DNA from: Rhodothermales bacterium
Lineage (GTDB): Bacteria; Bacteroidota; Rhodothermia; Rhodothermales; Bin80
Length of the DNA: 64,000 nt
Reading direction: 5' to 3'
Assembly (NCBI GenBank): GCA_028278205.1
Contig: JANQES010000120.1
Coordinates: 27,643 to 91,642, forward strand
The position numbers and the translations under genes are program-made. The notes beneath the pieces are model-generated. The model did no database searches, was not told the DNA's origin, and was given only the letters and a program-made list of their open reading frames with translations. This document shows, piece by piece, positions 1 to 8,273 of this stretch (the first letter of the stretch is position 1; each line of letters starts with the position of its first letter).

Positions 1-73
1 GAGCGGCTTTTTCTGTCTCTGTGCCTGGGCCGCGCGCGCAGGCTTCACACCGCTGCTGAGAACAGACGATACT

Positions 74-310
74 ATGGCTCGCAAAGATCAGTTGACGGGG
101 AAAGGCCCGATGTCGGGCAATCATGTTTCCCACGCCCATAACAAGGCCAAGCGGCGCTTCGAGGTGAACCTGCAAAAGAAACGGTTCTACCTGCCCGACC
201 AGAAGCGTTGGGTGACGCTCCGCGTGTCGGCCAAGACGCTCAAGACGATCAACAAAAAGGGGATCGAAGCCGTCCTCAGTGAGGCGCGCAAACAGGGCAT
301 CAAAGTCTGA
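74..310 (+). CDS. rpmB: 50S ribosomal protein L28
   Basis: [24 protein letters not shown] motif; 78 aa basic protein. Confidence 0.97.
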   Translation: MARKDQLTGKGPMSGNHVSHAHNKAKRRFEVNLQKKRFYLPDQKRWVTLRVSAKTLKTINKKGIEAVLSEARKQGIKV

Positions 311-363
311 CGAAGCCCTCGCGTGCTTCGCACCACGACCACGTAAGACCACAGGGTGGCGCC

Positions 364-537
364 ATGGCCAAGAAAGGAAAAGACGTTCGTTTAAACATCA
401 TCCTCGAATGCACCGAGGCCCCGGGCACGTCTCGGTATTCGACGAAGAAAAATCGCCGGAATACCCCGGAGCGCCTGGAACTGAGGAAGTACAACCCGGT
501 GCTTCGTAAGCATACCGTCCACAAAGAAATCAAGTAA
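364..537 (+). CDS. rpmG: 50S ribosomal protein L33 (not in ORF track)
   Basis: Manual translation [57 protein letters not shown]; follows rpmB. Confidence 0.96.
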   Translation: MAKKGKDVRLNIILECTEAPGTSRYSTKKNRRNTPERLELRKYNPVLRKHTVHKEIK

Positions 538-555
538 CCTCCAGGAGGACGCTCG

Positions 556-723
556 ATGGCTAAGAAACAAACCTTCGGCGACAAGGTCCGTAAGCGCAGA
601 GAAGAGCGCACGGTGATGGCCAAGATTATCATGGCCGAAAAGAAAGCCAACGGCCAGTACCGCTTCCGCGAGAAGATGGTACCGCTCGACGACGTGCAAG
701 CCGAACTCAAAGCCGCCAGCTAA
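556..723 (+). CDS. Small basic protein, DUF4295-like (not in ORF track)
   Basis: Manual translation MAKKQTFGDK...MAKIIMAEKKANGQYRFREKMV; AGGAGG upstream; position after rpmG is typical of Bacteroidota-like genomes. Confidence 0.8.
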   Translation: MAKKQTFGDKVRKRREERTVMAKIIMAEKKANGQYRFREKMVPLDDVQAELKAAS

Positions 724-725
724 CG

Positions 726-784
726 ATTTTGGATTTTGGATTGTTTTCTTCAGAGCACCCAATCCAAAATCCAAAATCCAAAAT
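726..784. repeat. Inverted heptamer-tandem element (TTTTGGA)n...(TCCAAAA)n, family A
   Basis: ATTTTGGATTTTGGATTG ... CAATCCAAAATCCAAAATCCAAAAT. Confidence 0.85.
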
Positions 785-790
785 GGGAAT

Positions 791-867
791 CGGGGCGTAG
801 CTCAGTCCGGTAGAGCACTGCGTTTGGGACGCAGGGGTCGTCGGTTCAAATCCGGCCGCCCCGACCA
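791..867 (+). tRNA. tRNA-Pro(UGG)
   Basis: Cloverleaf; anticodon arm CTGCG-TTTGGGA-CGCAG; GGTTCAAATCC; encoded CCA. Confidence 0.97.
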
Positions 868-905
868 GGCCGCCCGGCTTGCGTCGTCGTTGTTCTTTAC
901 ATACT

Positions 906-1233
906 GCGCCCGTAGCTCAACCGGATAGAGCAGCGGACTTCTACTGCATGTGGGCCGCCGGGGAGAAATCCTCGGCGTGTAAGTGGTCAAATTCGGGGAA
1001 GCCTAAGGAGGCCCTGTCCAAGAGTCCGTGGTCAAATTCCCAGTGATCTTCCTCTACGGTAATCCCGAGCCAAGTCCCAATGATTTTGGGAAAGGTGTAG
1101 AGACTAGACGGCCACCACCTACGTTCCCCGGTTTCATGAGACTGGGGAATAGGGTGAAGGGATAGTCCAGGGAGTTGGGAAACCAGCACAAACCTGAATC
1201 CGCAGGTTGCAGGTTCGAGTCCTGCCGGGCGTG
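906..1233 (+). tRNA. tRNA-Arg(UCU) split by a group I intron (exons 906-942 and 1197-1233)
   Basis: Joined exons give acceptor GCGCCCG/CGGGCGT, anticodon arm GCGGA-CTTCTAA-TCCGC and T arm GCAGG-TTCGAGT-CCTGC. Confidence 0.93.
943..1196 (+). ncRNA. Group I self-splicing intron, IC3/Azoarcus-like, 254 nt, no ORF
   Basis: Follows U, ends in G; core elements AAATTCGGGGAA (989-1000), AATCCCGAGC (1061-1070), GTGTAGAGACTAGACGG (~1095-1111), AAGGGATAGTCC (1157-1168); GAAA tetraloops in P2 and P9. Confidence 0.93.
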
Positions 1234-1292
1234 CGCTTGAAATGTTGGAGCAGAAGTTGTTTTTTATAGTATAAGACCAGACACCCGGACTC

Positions 1293-1363
1293 GGTGACGT
1301 GGCCGAGTGGCTAGGCAGAGGCCTGCAAAGCCTCGTACGGCGGTTCGAATCCGCCCGTCACCT
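1293..1363 (+). tRNA. tRNA-Cys(GCA)
   Basis: Anticodon arm GAGGC-CTGCAAA-GCCTC; acceptor GGTGACG/CGTCACC. Confidence 0.96.
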
Positions 1364-1368
1364 CCTTC

Positions 1369-1412
1369 AAGGCCCCGCTTGCACGCTTAGCGCAGGCGGG
1401 GCTTTTGTGTTT
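1369..1412 (+). terminator. Intrinsic terminator after the tRNA cluster
   Basis: GCCCCGCTTGC...GCAGGCGGGGC stem followed by TTTTGTGTTT. Confidence 0.75.
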
Positions 1413-1428
1413 AGAAAAGTATGTAGTT

Positions 1429-2452
1429 ATGATTCACATCGACGGATCCCAAGGCGAGGGCGGCGGGCAGGTGGTGCGTACCTCGCTGGCGCTCTCGCTG
1501 ATCACGGGGCAGGCCGTCGAGATCACGCGGATCCGCGCTGGACGCAAGCGGCCCGGCCTCGGACGGCAACACCTGACGGGGGCGCAGGCCGCCGCGCGGA
1601 TCGGCGCGGCGCACGCGGAGGGATTGGCGCTGGGCTCGCAGCACATCACCTTCTCGCCGCAGGCCGTACTGCCGGGCACCTACCACTTCGCCGTCGGGAC
1701 GGCAGGCAGCGCCTCCCTCGTTCTCCAGACCGTCCTGCCGCCGCTGTTGCTGGCCGAGGAGCCGTCGACGCTCGTGCTCGAAGGCGGCACGCACAACTCC
1801 AAAGCGCCCCCGTTCGACTTTTTACAGAAAGCGTTCTTGCCGCTCGTAGGCCGGATGGGACCGCGCGTGAGCGTCGAACTGGAACGACGCGGTTTTTATC
1901 CACGCGGCGGCGGGCGGTTCATCGCCCACGTCGAGCCGGCGTCTGCACTTGAGCCGTTCGACCTGTTGGAGCGCGGTACGGTGCGCAAGCGGCACGCTAC
2001 CGCCCTGGTTGAACCTGCCCCGGCACATCGCCGAGCGCGAGATGGCGGGGCTGGGGGCGTCTCTGAGCCTGCGAGGGCATGAGATGGCTGTGGAGGTCGA
2101 GCGCGGCCACGGCCCCGGCAACGTGGTGATGGTCGAGGTGTAGGGCGAGCACGTGACGGAGGTCGTCACCGGCTTCGGTGAGCGCGGCGTCCGCGCTGAG
2201 GATGTCGCGTGCGGCGTGGCCGATGCGACGCAGCGCTACCTGGCGGCGGGCGTGCCGGTGGGCGAGCACCTGGCCGATCAGCTCGTCCTGCTCATGGCGT
2301 TGGCCGGCAGCGGCACGTTTCGAACCCTCGCGCCGTCGCTACACACCCGCACCAACATAGCCGCCATCCAATCCTTTCTGGACGTGGAGATCAGCGCCGC
2401 TCAAGAAGAGAGCGACGTCTGGCGCATCGAGGTACGGCGGAAGGACGTGTAG
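1429..2452 (+). pseudogene. rtcA: RNA 3'-terminal phosphate cyclase, disrupted (frameshift near 2009, TAG at 2141-2143)
   Basis: IDGSQGEGGGQVVRTSLALS, GGTHN, RGFYPRGGG in one frame; NLPRHIAERE, GPGN, VGEHLADQL in the next frame across an in-frame stop. Confidence 0.88.
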
Positions 2453-2455
2453 CCG

Positions 2456-5400
2456 TTAGAACGGCGCGTCGCCCATCGACGGCGGTTGCGGGGCCGAGCC
2501 GAAGCTCTCGCCGCCGGCGCCGGGCGCGGCGTAGTAGGTCGTCAGGTTTTCGAAGCGGGCGAACTGATGGACGAAGGCGAGTTGCACACTGCCAATCGGC
2601 CCGTTACGCTGCTTGCCGATGATGATCTCGCCGAGGCCTTCGGTGGAGTTGCCGTTTTCATCGACCGTGATGCCGTAGCGCTCGGCGCGGTAGATAAACG
2701 CTACGACGTCGGCGTCCTGCTCGATGGAGTTGTGCGCGATAACATCGTTCGCCACGAAGTTGTGCGGGCCGGGCACTGTCAAATCAAAGACTTCCTCAAC
2801 GCCGTCAGGTTCGATAGCTACAATCTTGTCCCAGTAAACCTCACTTTCGGCGAGAGTGCGGAGGGGTTCTGAAGAAACAGCTTGGGCTACACGAGATGCG
2901 CGGTCGCGGCTCACATTCTGCTTGAAGATCGTCATACCGCTATAGGTCATCTCCAACTCCCGGTGCAAAGCCCGATGCGTAACACCGGCGCGACGCATGG
3001 CAGGTTTGACGAGCTTATGCCATACATCACTTGGGATCACGTCTCGATTGGTATTTGCTGTCTTCTGCGAAATGAAAGTCTCTACATCGCTGAGTGTCCC
3101 TGTCTTGTATTGGCCTACTGCGCCGACATAGTTCACAAATAGCTTGATGTCCTCGTTGCCGCTAACGATGACGTGGAATTGATCGCGGCCTTTTTCTCCC
3201 TGTACGACACGCTTCAAGCGGGCGTTGATGCCTAAGCGGAGCAGCAATGATTGAACGTCGCGACCAAGACGCTCGCTACTTGAGGCGTAATAGATGGCCG
3301 GATAGGGACGTTGGCCCCCGCGCATTTTGATGCAGCCGTCGGTAGACCAAAGGTGCCGGAGGAATCGTGCGATAGCTTGGCTTGATTGCTGAAAGACACG
3401 CTCAGGTACGTGCTTTTCGTACGACCGTAGGCCCCAAATGCCCAGCGATTCGAGCCATTCACTCACTGCACTCCTGACGCCGTGCGTATGGTGCCTTGTC
3501 GATGTGAGATATACCTGATACCACGACCGCTCCGCGTTGATGCGTGGCTCGACTTCATCATTGAACACAGCCTTAGCAAGATCAACAACGGTCTGGGCGA
3601 GATCGTATTCGCGCGTCGTGTACTGAATCGCATGCCTTGGAAGCGTACAGCCGTCGCCGATAAGATGGCCGAGCAGGGCCAGTTCGGCATCCGCCATGTC
3701 CTTGCTCTGTGGGCTTTCGAGCGTGCGTGGCAACGCCATCCGCTCATCGACTCGCAATTCATCCAGGCGTTTCCAGCCGTTGATCGTCAAAAACTTGTGA
3801 TTGCCGGTAGCGCGGATTTGACGGCCTAGTTGTGTCGTGAGTTTGTAGACGGGCTTGATGCCGGTCGAAAACGCCTTACTCACTTCGGCGCGTTCCAGCT
3901 TGTAGGTATGTTGATTCAAGGCCCAGACGGCAAAGCCTGAAGTTCCGGCCAGATCGCGGATGGACACGCGCTTGCCTGAATCGGCCAGCGGAATCAAGGT
4001 GTCGCCCGTGAGGCAACCTGACTCGCGAAGGTCTGAAAGCTGCGGGCGTTTGTCGCCGCCGCGTGTTTCGACGGAGCGGTTGAGCTGCGAGAGCGCGATG
4101 ACGGGCACGTTGAGTTCCTTCGCCAGCGACTTCAACGACCGCGAGATCTGGGCGATTTCCTGCTCGCGGTTGCTGTTGCGCCCGCCGCCGGTGCCGTGCA
4201 TCAACTGGAGGTAATCGACGATGATGATGCCGATGTCGTGCTCGGCTTTGAGGCGGCGGCACTTGGCGCGCAGTTCGAGGATGCCCAGGCCCGGCGTGTC
4301 GTCGATGAAGATGGGTGCGGCGCTGAGGCGTCCGGCGGCGCGCGCGAGGCGGGGCCAGTCGTCGTCGCTAAGGCGGCCCGTACGCGCGGCCTGCGCATTG
4401 ACGCGGGCCTCGGAGGTGAGCAGGCGCTGCGCCAGTTGCTGCGCGCTCATCTCCAACGAAAAGATCGCCACGCCCGCCGGGTGTTCCGGGTGCAACGCTG
4501 CGTTGCGCGCACAGGCGAGACAAAGCGCCGTGTTGTGAACGCACACGTCGTTGGCGACGAAGTTGTGTGTTTCGGGGATCGTCAGATCATACACCTGCTT
4601 CACGCCCACCGCCTCAATCGCCACGATCTCATCCCAGTAAACCTCGCTATCGGCCAGATTTAGTAGGTCGCGGTCGTCCACCGCCTCGGCCAACTGCCGC
4701 AGGCGGCCTCGCGTCAGCGCGCGTTTGCCGACGTGGATGTTCGAATAGCCCTTGATGCTGGCGCGCTTCGCCAGCGATTGCCACGATTCATCGCCCTTCG
4801 CCGCCCGGATGCGTTCCCAGATTTCGACGGGAATAAGATCTCGATTGGTTTGATAGCGTTTTGAGGCGATGGCCTCGACGACACGATCCAGCGCGGCTTC
4901 TTTGCCGAAGATGCCGATCTCGGCAGCGAATGTTTCGATAGAGCGGGCGTCGGTGACGTCGAGTTGCCACGCGTCGCGGCGCTGATCCTGGTATTTGACG
5001 CGGCGCTTCCTCAGTTTGGCGATGACGCCGAAGCGCAGCAGCAGATGTTGGAGTTGCCGGGCTAACTTTTCGCTGGCCGTCGCATAGCCGATTTGTGCCT
5101 GCCCGCTTTTGAGCACCGTCGCCCAGCCGTCTGTCGCAAAAAGTCGATTCAAAAAGAGGGCGACGAGCGCGCGGCGCAGCGTGAAGACAACCGGCGGGAT
5201 CGTCTTGGCGTGAGCGGATTTACCCCAGACGCCCTGCTGCCGGAGCCACAGCGTCAGCGGGTTCTGGCTGCTCCGGCTGATGGCCGCGTGGCCGTGCGGC
5301 GCCAGCGTATCCGGCGCTACGTCGAGCGCGTCGCACAGCCGGTCGAAGTGTGCTCGTCGCGGCGCGATATCGCCGCTTTGCCAGAATCGCACGGCGTCGC

Positions 5401-6781
5401 TCGTCACGCCTACCTCATCGGCGAGGGCAGGTACGGCGACGGCTTGCGTTTCGAGCACGGCGTTGAGCGCGCACGCGAAAGCCTGCCGGTGCTCTTCGAT
5501 GAATGCCGGATCGCCCGAAACGCGCAAGCTCGGCGTCCGTGTGCCGTTCGAGGTCGAGAGCGAGGTCGAGACGCCGCCGAAAGCCGCTGCGGCCTCCTCG
5601 AAGTCCTGCCGGATCGCCGGGTCGCTATTGATGAATTCCGGGCACGACTTCGTCAGGCATCCGTCGCCGAGGAGGTAGGCCAGCAGCTTGACGCGATGGC
5701 GAGGCATCTCTTGCTCGCCGAACACATCGATCCGGCGCGGCACGGCCACGTGATCCCCGACGCGGAGGGCCGAGAGCGGCTTCCAGCCGTCAATCGTCAG
5801 ATACGGATGCGTGAGCGTCGTCTCGATGGTGCGGCCCAGGCGCGTTTCGACACGGAAGACCGGCTTCCAGCCGTCATCGACGAAGGCAGAGGGCTGCGTG
5901 ATGTCGAATTTCCAATCCTCGCGCAGCGTCAGCAGGTCGGCGGTTTTATGTTCGTAGATCTGCGCGATGGTGGCGATGCTGCCATCGGCCAGGACGATCT
6001 CGGCGTCGTGGCCGAGGCATTTGCCCATCGACGGGCGCGCGGCGATGATGATCAGGTCGGAGCGTTGCCAGCCGCCGGTGAGGTCGTCGAGGCGGTGGAA
6101 GCCGCTGGGCACACCGGTGATGCCGCCCTCGCGCCCGTGGATGGCTTCGAGGTGAGCGAGGGTCTCTTTGAGCACCTCGTTCATCGACGTGGCGGCCCGG
6201 CGCAGTTGCGTCTCCGATATGCGGAAGATGTCGCTCTCAGCCGTATCGAGCAGTTCGAAAGCGTCGGCGCTGGTGTCGTAGGCCTGCCCCACGAGCAGCG
6301 TCATCGTCTCGATCATCTGGCGCAAGAGCGACTTCTCGGCGATGATGCGCGCGTGGTATTCGACGTTGGCCGCCGAGGCCACCTGCGTGGTCAGTTCCGT
6401 CAAATAATACGCCCCGCCGATGTCGTCGAGGTCGCCGCGTCGTTTGAGTTCTTCGGTGAGCGTGATCAGATCGACCGGGTTGCCGCGCTCGAAGAGGCTG
6501 AGCATGGCCGTGTAGATCTTCTGATGCTTGGCCAGATAGAATGCCTCCGGCGTCAGAATCTCGATAGCGCGCGGAATAGCCTCTCGCTCAATGAGCATCG
6601 CCCCGAGGACGGACTGCTCGACGTCGGTAGCCTGGGGCGGGATGCGGCCCGTCTGTTCGTGGATGCTGCGGATCGTCGCGCGACGCCCGCGCCCGCCGCC
6701 CATCATCTTTTCGAGCGGATAGCGCTGGCTCTCGTCATCGATGCGCGGGATGCGCGGCGTCTGGTCGTCGGGTTCAGGCAT
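2456..6781 (-). CDS. dnaB: Replicative DNA helicase DnaB with two inteins (about 516 aa after splicing)
   Basis: EQSVLGAML, ARPSMGK|TA Walker A, IIVDYLQLM, LSQLNR, DLRESG|SIEQDAD. Confidence 0.97.
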   Translation of the reverse strand: MPEPDDQTPRIPRIDDESQRYPLEKMMGGGRGRRATIRSIHEQTGRIPPQATDVEQSVLGAMLIEREAIPRAIEILTPEAFYLAKHQKIYTAMLSLFERGNPVDLITLTEELKRRGDLDDIGGAYYLTELTTQVASAANVEYHARIIAEKSLLRQMIETMTLLVGQAYDTSADAFELLDTAESDIFRISETQLRRAATSMNEVLKETLAHLEAIHGREGGITGVPSGFHRLDDLTGGWQRSDLIIIAARPSMGKCLGHDAEIVLADGSIATIAQIYEHKTADLLTLREDWKFDITQPSAFVDDGWKPVFRVETRLGRTIETTLTHPYLTIDGWKPLSALRVGDHVAVPRRIDVFGEQEMPRHRVKLLAYLLGDGCLTKSCPEFINSDPAIRQDFEEAAAAFGGVSTSLSTSNGTRTPSLRVSGDPAFIEEHRQAFACALNAVLETQAVAVPALADEVGVTSDAVRFWQSGDIAPRRAHFDRLCDALDVAPDTLAPHGHAAISRSSQNPLTLWLRQQGVWGKSAHAKTIPPVVFTLRRALVALFLNRLFATDGWATVLKSGQAQIGYATASEKLARQLQHLLLRFGVIAKLRKRRVKYQDQRRDAWQLDVTDARSIETFAAEIGIFGKEAALDRVVEAIASKRYQTNRDLIPVEIWERIRAAKGDESWQSLAKRASIKGYSNIHVGKRALTRGRLRQLAEAVDDRDLLNLADSEVYWDEIVAIEAVGVKQVYDLTIPETHNFVANDVCVHNTALCLACARNAALHPEHPAGVAIFSLEMSAQQLAQRLLTSEARVNAQAARTGRLSDDDWPRLARAAGRLSAAPIFIDDTPGLGILELRAKCRRLKAEHDIGIIIVDYLQLMHGTGGGRNSNREQEIAQISRSLKSLAKELNVPVIALSQLNRSVETRGGDKRPQLSDLRESGCLTGDTLIPLADSGKRVSIRDLAGTSGFAVWALNQHTYKLERAEVSKAFSTGIKPVYKLTTQLGRQIRATGNHKFLTINGWKRLDELRVDERMALPRTLESPQSKDMADAELALLGHLIGDGCTLPRHAIQYTTREYDLAQTVVDLAKAVFNDEVEPRINAERSWYQVYLTSTRHHTHGVRSAVSEWLESLGIWGLRSYEKHVPERVFQQSSQAIARFLRHLWSTDGCIKMRGGQRPYPAIYYASSSERLGRDVQSLLLRLGINARLKRVVQGEKGRDQFHVIVSGNEDIKLFVNYVGAVGQYKTGTLSDVETFISQKTANTNRDVIPSDVWHKLVKPAMRRAGVTHRALHRELEMTYSGMTIFKQNVSRDRASRVAQAVSSEPLRTLAESEVYWDKIVAIEPDGVEEVFDLTVPGPHNFVANDVIAHNSIEQDADVVAFIYRAERYGITVDENGNSTEGLGEIIIGKQRNGPIGSVQLAFVHQFARFENLTTYYAAPGAGGESFGSAPQPPSMGDAPF
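2729..4015 (-). mobile_element. DnaB intein at LRESG/SIEQ site, 429 aa, LAGLIDADG endonuclease
   Basis: Starts CLTGDT, ends HNFVANDVIAHN followed by Ser; LLGHLIGDG and FLRHLWSTDG motifs. Confidence 0.95.
4532..6019 (-). mobile_element. DnaB intein in the P-loop (GK/T), 496 aa, LAGLIDADG endonuclease with HTH-like insert
   Basis: Starts CLGHDAE, ends HNFVANDVCVHN followed by Thr; LLAYLLGDG and FLNRLFATDG motifs. Confidence 0.95.
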
Positions 6782-6830
6782 TCTTTATTCGAATTCCATA
6801 TCAATGGTTTACATCCATCCGAAACAAGAA

Positions 6831-7925
6831 CTAGGTGTTCACAAGCTGGTCGTACCGGGTCCGCAGCAGCTTCATGTCTTCCCACGTCGGGCGTTTCCAC
6901 TGGGGGTTGCGCAAGAGCGCCGCCGGGTGGTAGGTAACCATCAGCGGGATGCCGTAGTAGTCGTGAAACTTATCGCGCAGCGCGCCCAGCGACGAGCGCC
7001 GTCCGAGCAAGGAGTTGCCGGCAGTTTTGCCCACACACAGGATCAGCCGGGGCTTGATCAACGACAGTTGTTTGTAGAGGATCGGAATGTGCGCTTCCAC
7101 CTCGGCGGGCACCGGGTCGCGGTTGTTGGGCGGGCGGCTCTTGAGGATGTTGGTGATGTAGACGTCCTCGCGGGCGAAGTTGATGGCGGCCAGGATCTTG
7201 TTGAGCAGTTGCCCGGCGCGGCCCGTGAACGGCTCGCCCGTGCGGTCTTCGTCGGCCCCCGGCGCCTCGCCGATGATGACGAGGTTGGCGTCGGGGTCGC
7301 CCACACCGAGGACGGCGTGCTGGCGCGCTTCGTCGATCGGCACGAGCACGGTGTTATCGACGTAAGCCTTGATCTCTTCCAACGACTGCATCGAAAACAA
7401 CGGCGAGTCTTTCGGGACGAGGGCGTGAACCCGTTCCCAGAAAGGCCGCGACGGGTCTTTGCTGGGATCCACTTCTTTGCCGAACAGATCGAGATTGGCC
7501 ATCGTATCGACGGATGCTGATGCGGGGGATGCCGCCGGGGCCGAACGGCCTGCCACGGGCGGGGTCCACTGGACGTTGAAAGGCGGCGGCTTCGGCGCGG
7601 CAGGCGCCGCCGGTTTCGCCTCGACGGGTTGCTCCGTCGGCGGCTCGGCAGGCCCCCGCTCTTTCAAGAGAGACCGTTCTTCGCTTACCGCGCGAAATCG
7701 CCTCCTGGCGGGGATGTCCTGAGCGGGCGGGGTCTGATCGACGTCTTCCGCCTGACCGTCATCGGCAGCGACCACGACGGCCTTTGCGGCGGGCGGTGCC
7801 GGCTCGGCCCCGGCATCCGCTGCTTCCGCCACGGCGGGCGCCGGGTCGCCCAGGGGCACGTAGGGGCCGTAGACCGCCAGTTCGTGCTCCAGAACGCGCC
7901 GCAAGGTTTGTAGCGGGTGATGCAT
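6831..7925 (-). CDS. Uracil-DNA glycosylase family 4 with long Pro/Ala-rich N-terminal extension
   Basis: GEAPGADED, PFTGRAGQLL, YITNILKSRPPNNRDP, YHPAALLRNP; start taken at ATG 7925. Confidence 0.9.
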   Translation of the reverse strand: MHHPLQTLRRVLEHELAVYGPYVPLGDPAPAVAEAADAGAEPAPPAAKAVVVAADDGQAEDVDQTPPAQDIPARRRFRAVSEERSLLKERGPAEPPTEQPVEAKPAAPAAPKPPPFNVQWTPPVAGRSAPAASPASASVDTMANLDLFGKEVDPSKDPSRPFWERVHALVPKDSPLFSMQSLEEIKAYVDNTVLVPIDEARQHAVLGVGDPDANLVIIGEAPGADEDRTGEPFTGRAGQLLNKILAAINFAREDVYITNILKSRPPNNRDPVPAEVEAHIPILYKQLSLIKPRLILCVGKTAGNSLLGRRSSLGALRDKFHDYYGIPLMVTYHPAALLRNPQWKRPTWEDMKLLRTRYDQLVNT

Positions 7926-8059
7926 GCCACCGGGTGAGCGTCGAGGCCTCCAGGAGCCGGGCTGATCGATCAAACCGGCTCCAAACCCCCCAAGATAGGG
8001 GGCCGACGCAACATCACACAAGCCTCACATATCATCTTGGCGGGATATTTATGCCCGAA

Positions 8060-8089
8060 ATGTCAACACGTTATCAACATTGGGGATAA
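8060..8089. promoter_or_regulatory. DnaA-box-like pair upstream of the udg-dnaB unit
   Basis: TTATCAACA (8071-8079) and TGGGGATAA (8081-8089, reverse complement TTATCCCCA), each one mismatch from TTATCCACA. Confidence 0.45.
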
Positions 8090-8100
8090 GAAACAGGCTT

Positions 8101-8161
8101 TTTCAAGTTCAAAGTTTAAGGTTCAAGGTTCGTTCTCGAAGAACTTTGAACCTTGAACCTT
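8101..8161. repeat. Inverted heptamer-tandem element (TTCAAGG-like / CCTTGAA)
   Basis: TTCAAGTTCAAAGTTTAAGGTTCAAGGTTC ... GAACTTTGAACCTTGAACCTT. Confidence 0.75.
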
Positions 8162-8273
8162 CCACTCAAGTGAATTCACAGGCAAGCTGAAGGATTGATT
8201 TATGAAGGATCGATCTATGGTCGATTTTATAGAGATAGTGGTGCATGCCATGCCTCTTTAAAACCAGCGACCC

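Noticed and set aside
941-1189. 82-aa minus-strand ORF within the intron as a homing endonuclease
   Set aside because: Antisense to the ribozyme core, too short, no nuclease motif
2141-2143. Programmed TAG readthrough or recoding in rtcA
   Set aside because: A separate frameshift exists upstream, and TAG is used as a normal stop elsewhere (frr, tsf, rpmH)
906-2452. Functional link between the tRNA intron and adjacent rtcA
   Set aside because: Group I splicing needs no cyclase or ligase, a terminator separates them, and rtcA is broken
5093-6937. Long antisense ORFs (also 28742-29788, 41605-43281, 55934-57331 and others)
   Set aside because: Shadows of real genes caused by high-GC codon bias; no protein motifs
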